A DNA stretch of 64,000 nt from Malacoraja senta (lineage: Eukaryota). Below are positions 1 to 13,945 of this stretch, piece by piece (the first letter of the stretch is position 1; each line of letters opens with the position of its first letter). The stretch lies in contig CM075989.1 in NCBI GenBank assembly GCA_038087875.1, positions 6,572,001 to 6,636,000 of the forward strand, in the 5' to 3' direction. The notes beneath the pieces were generated by a model that saw only the letters and a program-made list of their open reading frames with translations, was not told the origin of the DNA and did not search any database. The position numbers were made by a program, and so were the translations under genes.

Positions 1-1591
1 TTCATCATCGTTGACATGTGTGGGCTTTTGAAATGCCTCGGGTTTAAATTTCTTATCCTTTATTTGGAATATCTTTAAGTTTGCTGGTAGCTATCTCCGT
101 AACCACCTTCAGCAAGAAAATCTTTTCAAGACGTGCACATTTCCATTTCTGGCCCATTTTGCACCTGTGGTTTACCTTGTTAGTTGCTAGGTCATTATTT
201 GTAATTATAAGGAGTTTTGTCTAAACCTCTGCCTTGTACCATCACTTTTTGGTCTCCAAATCCTTTAGGGTTCTCTAGAAGTCTAAATCATTTTCCAAGA
301 GTTTGGTTATCTGTTTAATATATCGATCTGTGTTTAGTGTCAGATATCGTCTTGTGATTCTTTTGTGAAGCATTTGGAGGTTTTACTGCAGTATACTTTA
401 TAAATATCAGTAAAAGTTCATGGTTAGTAGTTTAATAATTGTCCTGCGGCAGGAAGATAATGTTACTTCTGCGATCTGTGTGGGGATTATTTACTTTAAT
501 ATGTGCATTAATGATTTGAAGCTAGTAGCTAGTTTACACATTCACCGCTGATGCAAATATGGTTGATTTGAGTGGAATGAAATAAACCACAGAGAATTTG
601 AATATGTTAGCTGGAAATCGAGCAGAAAGATCGCACCTTAGATTCAAAGTGGTAAAATGGGGCTTTTACAGCAGTCCCCAATGCCAGTGAATAAGTTTAT
701 TGAATGTTGAGATGTACCAAGAGGTAATTAAAAAAGGCCAAAATATTGAAACAATCTAGCTACATAATAAATTATTTGAATAGTTCTGGTCACCTCAGAA
801 TAAGGATGATGTTGGAATATTAAAACAATGGATGTTGAACTATTAAAATAATATCAAAAAGAATAAGTAAAGTTATTGAGGAGGGTGGAGGAATACATTT
901 CTAAAGTAGACATGTTTTTTGCTAAGAGGTGGCAGGTTGTGGTAAATTGATTAATGTTTCAGCCCAAAGGGGCTGCTTAACATAAACCATGACAAGCCAT
1001 TTCACTGGTCCAGGTGAGGACCACAAAGCAACATCTCTGCTCCAAGTGCAGGTACATGGAATACTGATGCCGCAAACAGGATTTCAATGAGTGAACGGTC
1101 AAGTTTCAGGGAATGGGTGAAAGATGGTATTGATTTAAATGCAAATTTGTTTTTGAAAAGAATAATTTGAATTTGAATACTGCTGTAATTCAAATGGTGA
1201 CAATGTAGTTGAGAGTAGCATGCTTGAACTAGTGATACCTCGCGACAAGAACTGACTACATGAAACAGTATTTAAAATTCATCTGAATTTACGACTCCTA
1301 TAGTTTGGGCTCTTGTTTAATTTTGATCAAAATTAACCTTGCCTAGATTATCATTCCACCATTCAAGTTGTTATCTAATATATAGTTGCAAGCTTTAATT
1401 ACAAGATAAACTAAAGTAAAACAATCTGCCTTGAAGATGAGGGAGTGGAAGCAAAGAGCTGCAGATGCTGGTTTACACCAAATGAAACGATGCTGGAGTA
1501 ACTCAGCAGGACAGGCAGCATCTCTGGAGAAGAGGGATAGGTGATGTTTTGGGGAGGATCCCTTGTTCATTCAGGCTTAACGGTGAAGTCT

Positions 1592-1905
1592 GGGCGGCAC
1601 GGTGGTGCAGCAGTAGAGTTGCTGCCTTACAGCACCAGAGACCTGTGTCCCACCCTGTCCATGGGTGTTGTCTGTATGGAGTTTTTACATTCTCCCTGTG
1701 ACCTGTATGGGTTTTCTCTGGTAGCCCCGGTTTCCTCCCGCACTCCAAAGACATCAGATTTATTGGTAAATTGTCTTCAGTATAATTGTAAATTATCCCT
1801 CGTGTGTAGGATAGTGTTCGAGTGCGCTGATCGGCAAGGTATTGCTGATCGGCATGGACTCACTGGGCCGAAGGGCCTGTTTCTGCACTGTATCTCTAAA
1901 CTAAA
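1592..1905 (+). mobile_element. tRNA-derived V-SINE (HE1-like), full length
   Basis: tRNA-like head, V-core (GGAGTTT..A.GTTCTCCC.GTG...GGTTTCCTCCC.CACTCCAAAGAC), CR1-like tail GGGCCGAAGGGCCTGTTTC and CTAAA repeats. Representative of about 25 copies, e.g. 6631, 7397, 9327, 13161, 18632, 31297, 38581, 42096, 46578, 48427, 53221 (+) and 22712, 28440, 33679, 47350, 51752, 61590 (-). Confidence 0.9.
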
Positions 1906-4900
1906 TTATTGAATGCTTTGTTCTGTTGCTTTTTTTTAATGGAATTTGGCTAGATACTCAAATTCTAGATAATACAATTTCCCATGATATAAAATAATCA
2001 GTTTGAAGCAGTGCTGACAGAAGAGGATGGCTGTTTAAAGTTCCTGGAAGATAATGACATTTGTTTCTCTGACCTCTCTTCCTTTCTTTCCCCAGGTGAA
2101 GGTTTGTTGGAAATGCCCGTTGTATGGATGGCCAATCGCACTGTGCCAACCACCAGCCACAATTACCATCTGAAAAAAACTGGGTTCCACTTGTCATCTG
2201 TGTGTTAACTTTTCATTCAGTATCTTGCGTAAGAGACAGAAGCGCAAAGGAGATTATTACATTGTCATCACCAGCACAATATTCACGTCTGTTTCCCATG
2301 GACTTTGTAGAAAGGTTTTTTTCTCTCCAAAACTCAAGATATTCGGGTGTACAATTTGAAATACGTAGTATTGTATCTTATGGTAGAAACTTTGTATTTA
2401 TTCTCTATCCAGAATATATTATCAGTACCACAATGCTAAGGTGAAGTGGAATATCGATTTAAGTGTTTTGCTTGGATACATTTTAGTTTATTCTTTGATT
2501 TTAAAAGAATATATGTCTGCCACTAGGTCATGATAGCTTTCAGAAACAGTCACTTTAGCTGAGCGTACAGTATAGAATACCTGCTGCTGTGTTGTGCTTT
2601 CAGAATTCAGTTCTATTATCAGTGAAACTCCATTTTGAAAGTGGAATGCAATGCGCAGCCACTACTTTATGTGCATGTTTAGCACAAGCAAGACAGGGCA
2701 ACTTTCTATCCCCTGGTTTCTAAATGTACCTACAGTTGGACAGGTTAACATTGCCTCTTCAGTTGGGGATCAATTGACGAACAGCCGGAATTGGTATGCA
2801 TTGTGCACTCTTGATGTGGTCTAATCATAATGATCAATATAAGCAGAGTAAGAACAGAAGCTGTGAGTTTTCTGAGGAGCTGGCTTGATATTTATAACTT
2901 GGCCAATTTGATAACTTGCTTTTGCTTTTATTACCCGGGTGCACAATGAATTAGAGCTACATAAATGGTTTTTCCAAAGTCGTTTTACTGAAATATGGAT
3001 CCAAGTATTCAATTGTAGTGGACTGACAGCAATTCATTCAAATGGTAACCAAGCTCGGCTTGATGTAGAGAAGCAGGTCCTGTTATAATTTAATAATGCC
3101 TTTCAAGTTGAGTTGAATTACTCTAATCATTTCACATTCAGACAATACACTGGCTGACTGCTTTCTTTAAAAGAAACATACTGTGCTCCAGCATGAACTT
3201 TGTTTAGGGTGGGTCACCTGCACGATTCTTCAAAGGAAATCATGCATTATATAGCATTGTTGTTGCTGGTGTACATCATGGACCAGTACTATTAAATAAC
3301 AGGGAAAGCAACATCATGTCAGTCATGGGTTCCAATATCTTTTCACTTAGTTGTGGTTTTGTTCAATGTAAAAGTTTCCAGCACTGCCTCTGATGATAAC
3401 TGACTTGTTATCAGCATCCTATTCAAATATTTCACAAGTTGTAATTTTCTTTGCAGGCTGAACCTATAATTGGATGAATGCAATCATAAATTTCTCAAAT
3501 TTCTATTTTACTTTAATTTTAATGAAGGGCAAGAGATTTTCTACTATGTAGCAAAATTCATACTACACTCGTTTACCATAACACTATATATTGCTCCTAA
3601 AATATGTTTCTGAGATGTTCAATTTTTTAACTGTTAGCTCAATTCTATTTTATTTTGTTAGCTCAATGGAATCTTCTGGTGGTAGAATATAAATATATAG
3701 TATACTGTGAAAAAAGGGGGGTGGTATAACAAAAGGTGATTGTATCTGAATTATTTAAAGAAAACTTAAAGCACACTGTCTACAGACATTTTAATCAGTT
3801 CTCTAATTAGATTTTGGCCTCAGTGAAGTGGGAAAAAAAGAAAATGCTTAAGCAATGTTGCACTAATTCTGCAAGAAGAAGAATGCTCCTACTTTTTACA
3901 GCGTGTTTTAATCTGATGACCCAGTACTAAAGAGCATGACTGAGAAAGGCAGCCAAGCCCTGCTGGAATAGCAGGGCGATTAAAATCGACTGAAATATTT
4001 CTACGGAAAGTTGTAGTTGCTAGAACTCTCTTCCACTGCTGCCCCCATTGGCGAAAACCCAAACTATTCTTTCGGGATGCTACTGCCTGAACCAACTAAC
4101 TTGGCAGGTTAGTTAAATTATTACTCTGTCAGTACCTTATAAACCACTCTTGCCAGCTTTTTTTTTTGTTCTTTACACCTCCACAGATATAATGCTCAAA
4201 AGTCAGCACTGGTAAAGAATACCGATGCTCATTAATGGGGATTATGCTGCAATGTGCTTACAATTCCCTAAAGTGCAGTCAAAGATAGGAGGGATGAAGT
4301 CTACGGTTAGACAATTTTCATATCATTTCAAGTGAGCCTATTTCAAAGATTTTGCACCCTTTGCCATACCTGCAATCCTGGTAATAGTGCTCATTGTAGT
4401 CTGTCCTGAATTTGCTAGACTGGGTTCAGCAAGCTTCCCTTTTCTACCTGCTATTAATTATGTGCATCTGAACATTGATCGAGAAGACGACGGAACCTTT
4501 TCTGGCTAACAACTTGGTCACTTTGAAGAGGTACCAGAGGATGGGGTCAGGATTAGTCCCTGCCATGTTGTCCCAACAAATGAACATTTTGCTGCTCTTT
4601 GTCAAGAAATGTGTAATCCTTTCACAATGTTAGACATTCTCTTCTAGTCATTGAGTTACACTTTAGAAATGCAGCCATTGATGCCGTCAGCACTTGTCAT
4701 CAGCACTTGGATATACAAATGTCATCAGCACTTGGATATACAAAGTTCACTTTAGTTTATTGTCATGTGTGCCGAGGAACAGTGGAAAGCTTTTGTTGCA
4801 GGAACAGTGGAAAGCTTTTGTTGCGTGCTATCCAGTCGGCGGAAAGGCAATACATGATTACAATCGAGCCATTCGCAGTGTATAGAGACATGATAAGGTA

Positions 4901-7900
4901 ATAATGTTCAGTGCAAGGTGAAGCCAGCAAAGTCTGATCAAGGATAGTCCGAGGGTCACAAATGAGGTAGTTTAAGAAGATCATAGTTAAAATAAGAAAT
5001 GTTGCTGTCGGAATAGAGATTTAAGAGTGTGGAGCGATTGTAATAATGTGATTGTAGAGCTGCTTCTGTGGCTAGCACGCAAATAATAGCCTGCGCTGGA
5101 TACCATCTTGGAAGCAGACAAAGTGCCCAATTATAGGAGATGGAACTTTATTACAACCATGTCCCTCAATGAGGCAATATTTTAGAAGAGGGATAATATT
5201 TAAGCAACAAGATTGAAGTCTCTTTAAACGGAGTAATGCGAGGACTGTCTTGAGAGGAGTAGGTGGGAGAGTATATTTGCCTTAACTTGACTTAGGAGTG
5301 GACAGAAAAATAGCCAGCAATCCTGGACACACATTCATGTACTGGGTATGGTTACTCCTTACTCAGAGTAATCATAGTTGAGGGAGATCAGATTGAGGCA
5401 GATACACATCTACAAAAAAATTTCAATCATGACACATGACCAGTTTAAGTCGGGTTGAAGTGCCATTTTGTACAATATATTGACATTTCCTTGATCATTG
5501 ACATTTTAGTCAATGGGCTTTTATAACCTTTGTACAACCAATCTTTCAGAAGAACTTGGAAATGAACAGAAATTATATGTGTTTGAAATGTTTAAAATTA
5601 GTTATTAATTGCATCACTTTATTCAATAATGAAATAACCCTAGTCTTATGTTTACAGTTTGTGGAAAATAATATTTTGTCTAGATTTTACGCAGCATACA
5701 TTTTTCTTTTGGAGTATTGTGATGCTTGTATTCGGAGCAGTTAGTTGGAGTTGCTTGGACAACTGAATAGAGAACTGGAGAACGTTCATAGCAATGTTGT
5801 TTAATTCCTTCAACATGCCTTAAGTCAAAGTGAAATGAGCTTGTTGATGAATGAGGCCAGTCCATCTTCAGCCATTTATAATACATAAGGACTTTTGGAA
5901 ATTATTCACTTCTATTTTACTACTTGCAAGAATATAAGGATCTAGTTTATAGGGACACAGTTTTAAGAGATAGTTATATTATGGGAAGTTATGGGAACAT
6001 TTTTCTCCTTTTTGTAATAGTCGTTGGGCAAGATAGTACAAACAGAATTTGAAGCTGACCATATAACTGTATTCAAAGATGAAACTAAAAGTGTCTTGAG
6101 AGAGCACCAAGTTGATAGGCCACTTATCATCCTCAACTTGGAGTCTTTTGTCTCATTGGCATTATCCTTCATTCTTCTCCACTGTTGGCCAACCTTATTG
6201 ATTCCCTTTATAGGATATCCCACTCACTTGATAATCAATGCAGTGATAATCAATTCATACAACACTAACTCCACTGCACGTGTCTCCTTCATATTTCAAA
6301 ACCATTGTAGATACTGAGGACAGATTAAAACCTCTTAAGCAACCAGAAAACAATGAATTTACCAAACTTGGAATACCTTACTGTGGTTAGCACTTGTAAT
6401 CGATTTGTGAATCGAGCAGTCAGAGCAACTTTCTGCTGTGAGATAATCCATGTACACTTGCGATCGGTAAAACAAGATAAAGCCACATAGCCTTACTGTC
6501 CTGTAAGGTAACTCTCTTTAATCGTTGAAGGCTTTTGTATTTAATTCCATTCAGGAATTTGCCCAAGAACTGAAGGCCATTGGAATGACACTTCCTTTAC
6601 TTTCTCATCGTATTTACTTTCTTGAGTTTTGGGCAACACAGGTGAGCAGCTGGCAGAGCTGCCTCTCAGCGCCAGGGGCCTGGGTTTGATCCTAACCTTG
6701 GGTGCTGTCTGTGTGGAGTTTGCACGTTCTTCCTGTGAGCGTGTGGGGTTCCTCCGGGTACTCCAGTTTCCTCCAACATCCCAAAAGATATGCAGATTTG
6801 TAGGTTAATTGCCCTTAGTGTGCATGGAGTGGCATAACATAGAACCGGTGTGAACAGGTGATTGCTGGTTTGTGTGGACTCGTGCTGCAACTTTTCAATT
6901 CAAGTGCTGCTGCTTGTGTGTCCTTTGCATTCCATGTATACAAATAGCCACCAGGTGGCATCTGTGGAACAATTGTGTCAGACTGATCCTTTCCAACCAG
7001 GGTATGAAGTCAGTCCCATCAACTCATTGTCACGCCTGGAACTAGCACCAGAGACAGCAAGGGGATGGGAGAAACTTATTTCAAGCTTGTCCTGAGATTG
7101 AAACAAAAGTACAGTGTATTTTCAAGGATTTGTTTATTGATAGAAAAGAGCAAAATCTTGACGTGGAATGTTATTTAGTTTGAAATTTTTTTAAATTGCA
7201 GCTCTGGAAATCTGCAATAAAACAAAATGCTGGAAATACGTGACTGGTCAGGCAGAAAGTTGGAACATTTCAGGTCTAAGATCCATCAGGCTGAGAAAGA
7301 AAATAAGCTAGTGTAGGTCACAGTGAAGGTGGGGGAGTGCAGAGGGTAGAGCAAAGGGAATTTTCTAGTGTAAAATATTGCGGCTATAATTATTAAGGGG
7401 CGGGGCAGAGGTAGAGTTGATGCCTCACAGCGCCAGAGACCCGGGTTCAATCCTGACCACGGGTGCTTGTCTGTACGGAATTTGTATGTTCTCCCCATGA
7501 CTTTGTGGGTTTTCTCTGGGCGCTCCGGTTTCCTCCCACACTCCAAAGACGTGCAGGTTTGTAGGTTAATCGGGTTTGATGAAATTGTAAATTCTCCCCA
7601 GTGTGCAGGATAGTGCTGGGGTGATCGTTGGTTGGCGCAGAGCGCCTGATTCCGCGCTGCATTTTTAATGTCTAAAGTAAAGGGCAGTTTAGCTCCTTTG
7701 TGTTAACTACATTTCACCCTATCAGGGAAATTCCCTCAACGTTAACATTTTGTCCCTCTAGATGCTGCCTGACTTGTTGAGTTTTTCCAGCGATTTCCAT
7801 TTGTTAGTTTTGGTCTTGGATTAGGTGGAATATGACATTGGAAAGTCATATTATCAATTAATTCCTCTTGACAGACTCATGGCATTAATCCTTTTATCAA

Positions 7901-10279
7901 CATGCTGTGCAGCCACTTGCTTTGTCTTGTTTCACAAGTCGATGACATTGCACAATGAAAACATACTTTGAAGTCCCTTCTCTTTCTTTTGATTTATCAA
8001 ATTCTACACTTACTAGCAGTTAGAGATAAAGATCCTAAAGGTGGTGTTTAACCTTTTGTTCTCAGACTACACCTGAGTGGATTGTTTATTTGATGGAAAA
8101 GTCCCATCTGTAAGAATACTCAATTGCTAAGGTAAGGCAAACAGGATATTTTCAGGTTGGAGTTAAAATCGAGGGGGGAAACATTACATCCCTTAAGTGC
8201 GTCCAGCACTTTGTGTTTTGTTCAGGATTCCAGCATCTCGTGTCTCCACAATTACATGATTGTTGGATATTGTATTTTTTTTTTAATATCTTCAAAGAAA
8301 GTAATTGTAAAGCATCTACTCCAAATGTGTATGTACTATTGAAATGGAACATATGGCATCGCTGACAAACTTTGGACAAGTGAGTTGAGTATAATCACAG
8401 ATGCATACTTGTAAGAACGTCCCTCAATGTATCTTTCAGAGCATACAATATCTATTTTAATTCCTGATCTTAAAATTTTGTGTTCTGTTCTTTCTTACTT
8501 ATTTCTGTTTGTTCTCAACTGATATGGAAGTGTCTTATTTCCCACATGTGTTGACCAAATGTGCGAAGCTACTGATTCCTAGTGATTTTAAACCGTAAAT
8601 TATCTTGACGCTTTTTATCATATCTAATCTATGGGGAATTGGGACAATTATTTTGCACTTTGACCTTTTAATACTGTTACAGTAGCTGTCTTTGTAATGA
8701 TTATATAACACTAGTTTTTGGGTTGGACTTTAAATGCAACTAATTTATGATCCATTTGGTATGTGTTACACTGGAGAATTATGTCGGTGAGAAGGCTCAT
8801 GTTTGTCAAACTATATCAGCTTATTTTGTGTAGTTTCTGGAATAATTCACACTGGATGGTTTGGGTTGATTTTTTAGGTCTTATTTGAAAAGAATGTAAA
8901 ATATATAGAAAATAATATGTATTATTAGCAAATCTCTGATTTGATTATCTTGATTTCTGTTGTAATGACTTAATCTCATCTACCAATAAATATCTTTATT
9001 GCATTATTTATTTCAGTTTATGGGCATTCACTCATCTCTAGTGAATGCACAACTTTACATGAGCTTCTTTCCCAGGAGAAATCGCACAATACAGGGCATC
9101 TCTGCTTCTCTGCTTCATTATTGAAAATGTCAAATTACCAATTGAAGGAAAGGGTTACATTCATATCTGTTCTTGCATGTTCTCCAACATTTAACTCCCA
9201 GTAAGGTATAATAACTGAAAGTTATCGTCATAGCACATTACATAACATCAAATTTCTCTATAGCAAGTATTTTTGCAGTATTCAGTTTGCGGGCAATTAA
9301 TCTAGATGTACAGGTTCAAGTGCCTAGGGGTGGCAAGGTGGTGCCGTGGTAGAGCTACTGCCTACAGCACCAGGGACCCGAGTTCAATCCTGGCTATGGG
9401 TGCTGTCTGCATGGAGTTTGTACATCCTCGCCATGACCATGTGGGTTTTCTCCGGGACCTCCGGGTTTTTTTCCCACACGTACAGGTTTATAGGTCATTG
9501 GCTCGATAAAATTATAAATTCCCCCTAGTGTGTAGGATAGAGTTAGGATCGCTGGTCACACCGACTCAGTGGGTCGAAGGGCCTGTTTCCACGCTGTATC
9601 TCTAAACTAACCTGAACTGAAGGGTCTTGATCAGAAACGTCACCCATTCCTCCTATCCAGGGATGAATGAAATTCTTTATTATCATTATAACATGTAAAC
9701 ATGTACAACGAAATTAAAAATGCCAACCAGTCAGTGCACACATTCACACATTATCTAAAAGCTAACGATACGTAAAAGAGAAATATCTAAAATAAACAAC
9801 TAAAATAAATAACATGAAAAAAAACAAGCATAAACACAACCATACATTCTTCTGTCGATTTCACAATCCCTTTGGTGTGTAGCGCACCTGCACTCATTTG
9901 GTGGCTACATTAAGTGTAGTTATTGCTGTGGGATAAAAACTGTTTTAGAGTCTGTTTGTCCTTGTCCTCGTTGATCTGTACCGTCTGCCTGACGGCAGCA
10001 GTTCAAACAGGGAGTGTCCGGGGTGGGAAATGTTCATTATAATGTTCTGGGATGCTGCCCGTCCTGTTGAGTTACTCCAGCATTTTGTGTCTATCTTCGG
10101 TTTAAACCAGCATCTGCAGTTCCTTCCTACACACATCGATCTCCCTCAGTCTGTTTGCTCCAAAGCTTAGGGAAAGGATGCAGTGGTCTTTGTTGTGATC
10201 CATCCCATTGCAGTGCGCTTGTGTTTTATGCGTTAGTCAGAGGCACACAGTAAGTCCATTACTGGAAAATCAGGAGTAT

Positions 10280-10905
10280 TTTATTGTTGCCTGTTCCAGA
10301 AAGGAACAATGAAATTCTTACTTGCAGCAGCACCAGTTTGTAAACACAGTACTCAATAGATAATATCAGAAATGAATCGATGTAGTGCAAAAATAAAACA
10401 CAGCCCAAAGTCCCTGGTGTAACCAATGCAGTTTATAGTTTGGAGTTTAGTTGAAGTTCGTAATTTTCAATAGACTGATGGTTGTTGGGAAGAAGCTGTT
10501 CCTGAACCTGCATGTCACTGTTTTCAGATTCTTATAACTCCTTCACGATGACGGGAGGGAAATGAGAGTGTGGCCATGGTGGTGTGGGTGCTTGATAATG
10601 CTGTCTGCCTCTTTAGACACTGTCTTCAATGCTGGGAGGTCAGTACCCGCGATAGATGCCTGGGCAGTGTTCACCTCCTTTTGTAATTTTCTTAATTCTG
10701 GGACGTCCGAGTTGCTAAACCAGGCCGTCATGCAACCAGTCAATGTGCTCTCTACCGTGCACCCGTAGAAGTTCAAGGCAGTGTCGAGATACCAAATCTC
10801 CTCAACCTTCGAAGGAAGTAGTGGCGTTGATGAGCTTTCTTTACGATTGTGCTGGGTCCAGGACAGATCTTCAAATATATACTGCTTTGACAATTCATTG
10901 AAAGA
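10280..10905 (-). mobile_element. Rex1/Babar-type LINE 3' fragment
   Basis: NFYGCTVESTLTGCMTAWFSN...LQKEVNTAQ...HPHHHGHTLISLPS, homologous to 16280-16600. Confidence 0.75.
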
Positions 10906-11831
10906 CACTAACCTATCTTAAATTTGCAGATCTTGCAGTGCAAGGAGTTAGAAAACAGGTGCAGGAGTAGGCCATTCGGCCCTTCGAGCCAGCCATTCAA
11001 TGTGATCATGGCTTATCATCCACAATCAGCACCGCGTTCCTGCCTTCCCTCCATATCCCCTGACTTTGCTATCTTTAAGTTATCTCCAATTGAATAGAGG
11101 AGGACTTCATGCTGAAGCTGGGTCCACAGAGGCTCTGGGGTAGGTCCTCCTATGGTAGAGCAATAGCCTCAAATTTTGTACTGATGGTGTACAGGTCCAC
11201 CACTGATTTTCCAGCACCCTTGGTTCCAGAGTCTTTCTGTATTATTCATTTTGCCAGACCAACAGAGGTCACCAGGAGGGACCTGGTGGGAAGGGGGAAG
11301 TGCCGCTGAGAACATGTTATGATCAATGGTACTTTATTTCTCACATGTACTGAGGTACGGTGACATTCTCTTTTGTGTACAGTTTAGTAAAAGTAGTTAA
11401 ATCTTAGATAAGCGTCTCAGACGTGGTACAGGTGTATAGCAGTAGTACACTGAGACTACGCAGTGTCGCCAATGTGGTTCCATTTTTAAGGCCTGGCTGT
11501 AAGTGCAGGGATCTTGGTCTGACCATGAAGGTCCTCTATCCTGATGGTGTTGCAGGGTCGGCCTGGCTTAGCGTAGCCGTGGCAGGGACGCAAAGGGAGG
11601 GTGGGGGGGGACAAAGAGGGACCATTGGAACTCTGATGAGTACTTTGTAACTTTGTCGGCATCTGATAAGTGCCGATTCTTTATGTACTTTGTATCGAAT
11701 GTAAAAACAAAGAATGTACAAGTGACAATAATGTATCATTGCACCCGCTGAGATTCTCCAGCACTTTTGTCTACCTATAATGTATCATTGGTTGACTAAA
11801 ATAGATACAACAATACCTCTGACCCACTAAG

Positions 11832-12868
11832 TAGCAAAGTTACAACATTTTGAGATTTTAAAAATCAAGTCTGTAATTTATCCCATCAGATAAAGCATAA
11901 AAGAAGTTTAATTTGACACCTAATTCACTTTCATATCTTCAGTATTAAAAAAGTTATGGCCATTTTCATACTCGGAAATTAGCATCTTGTTCCCTATTGC
12001 TTTTTCATTGACTTAACACAAAAGCTGTGATCGAGGACAGTCAAAAGCCTATAACTTTCTTAAAAATTAAGAGAACTGAAAGAAATTTTCAGTTATTATA
12101 GATTGAAGCATTCTGAAACAAATATGAAACAATCTTACTTAGACGACGTGAAATTAAAGCATATAATTAGTTAGTTACCTAATTGTAGCTAATTACAAAG
12201 TTCAATTACTAGATCTAAACATCTATCAATTTCTTAAGAATAGATTAACATTTTTAAAAAGCCTAAGTGTCCAAATAACATTCACACAAGAATTCACAAT
12301 ATAACATAATTTTTAAATCTCATTGTCATGGATTTATAGGCCAAATGGAAGGAATTTAATGTTTAATACCTGTAAATGAATGGCCATTTAAATCATCTTG
12401 CAAGTGGGTTTTTCTGGAACGCGATCGATTGGAACGTTGCATTTACGGTGAATTTACACCCGTATCGGAATGAAAAATACTGCCGGTTCATTCGAGGAAA
12501 AAACTCACCGTTTCGCAACTTAAAATGTGAAATAAAGGCATCTTAAGGAGCACTTTTATACATAAAATAAACAGCTTTCATTTACCTGTCCCGTGCGTGA
12601 AATCCGTCCCCGTTGTCGGCGTTGACGGCTTTAGAAGCTGATTTTAAAATAACTCCAGCGCTGAAATTGTCGGGGGATTTTTAAAACAAAATACACAGAA
12701 CGCCCGTCGGAACGATTCTTCAGCAAAAACTTGCACTCCAATATAATCCAGGACAAGGTAGGAGAAGCCCGCGTTTTAACCCCCCCCCCCCTCAAAGGCG
12801 CCAAAATCGCGCACACGGCCAGTGGCAGAATTGCAGCGCCACTGAAGGTAAGTATTGTAACATACCTA
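11832..12868 (+). mobile_element. About 1.04-kb non-autonomous DNA transposon with TAG...CTA ends and a 7-bp TSD
   Basis: TAGCAAAGTTACAA...TTGTAACATACCTA; flanks CACTAAG/CACTGAG; colinear with 52142-53183. Confidence 0.8.
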
Positions 12869-13589
12869 CACTGAGTATATGCCCCCCCCACCCTATCTCT
12901 AAAGCACCACGGACAGGTGGAAACATAAATAAAACAAATATTAAATGTGCTTATGCTTTGCACCATGAGTGTGACTTGGACCTTACTTGGAAGCCATAGC
13001 TTGGGTCAAATGTAAGCAAAATAAGCTAAGAAATGTTATTTGCAGGGAGAGATGAACTTGAGCTTCCTTCTGCCAACTTTCTCATGAAGCGCACCCAGTG
13101 GAATCCCAGTGCAGTACAGTGTACCTCCTTGGTCAATCTCAACCAAATTGCTGCAATTAAGGGCAGTACGGTGGCGCAATGGTAGAGTTGCTGCCTTACA
13201 GCAAAGAAATTGTCCCGAGTGTAGGATAGTGTTCGTGTGTGTGGATTGCTGGTCGGTGCAGACTCTGGGCTGAAGGGCCTGTTTCCACGCTGTATCTCTA
13301 AACTAAACTAATCCAGTGGACCGAACAAGAATAAACAGCAATAGCTTATTCCTTGCCTAATGCAGCAACGGAAACCAGTTCCTGCCTGATCATATTTACA
13401 ATGGAAAATAAATTAATTTCTCTCACAAATTGGTGTTGAAAATTAAAACACTGCTGACAGGTTTTAAGAAATTGACAAGAGTTTGGAGACTGCTGAACCA
13501 TTGCAACATTATAAATACAGGAGCACATGTTTGCAAAGCACAAATAGAAATGCTGATTGTTCAAGGCAAACCAATGATGTATTTACTGA

Positions 13590-13945
13590 TTCTTACTGAT
13601 TGTATGCCACCTTCCCCTCTTGTTGTCACCTTCCCCTCAGCCAACAATGATCCATTCCTTATCACCATCCTCTGATCTGTCGTTTTCACACCTTACCCTT
13701 CCAAATCTCCAGACCCTCTCCCCTGACTTATGTGTAAGAAGGAGCTGCTGATGCTGGTTTAAACCGAAGAGAGACGCAAAATGCTGGAGTAGCTCAGCGG
13801 GACAGGCAGCATCTCTGGAGAGAAAGAATGGGTGACGTTTCGGGTTGAGACCTTTCTAAGAAGGGTCTCGGCCCAAAACGTCACCCATTCCTTCTTTCCA
13901 GAGATGCTGCCTGTCCTGCTGAGTTACTCCAGCATTTTGCGTCTA
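13590..13945. mobile_element. Penelope 3' region plus inverted terminal-repeat palindrome
   Basis: Same repeat as 51055-51269 in inverted arrangement, with a degenerate hammerhead core near 13856-13883. Confidence 0.6.

Noticed and set aside
4683..4824. Short tandem duplications
   Set aside because: Two local slippage duplications at and inside a LINE-tail repeat; ordinary.
11632..11660. CTGATGAG as another hammerhead core
   Set aside because: No stem II followed by GAAA.
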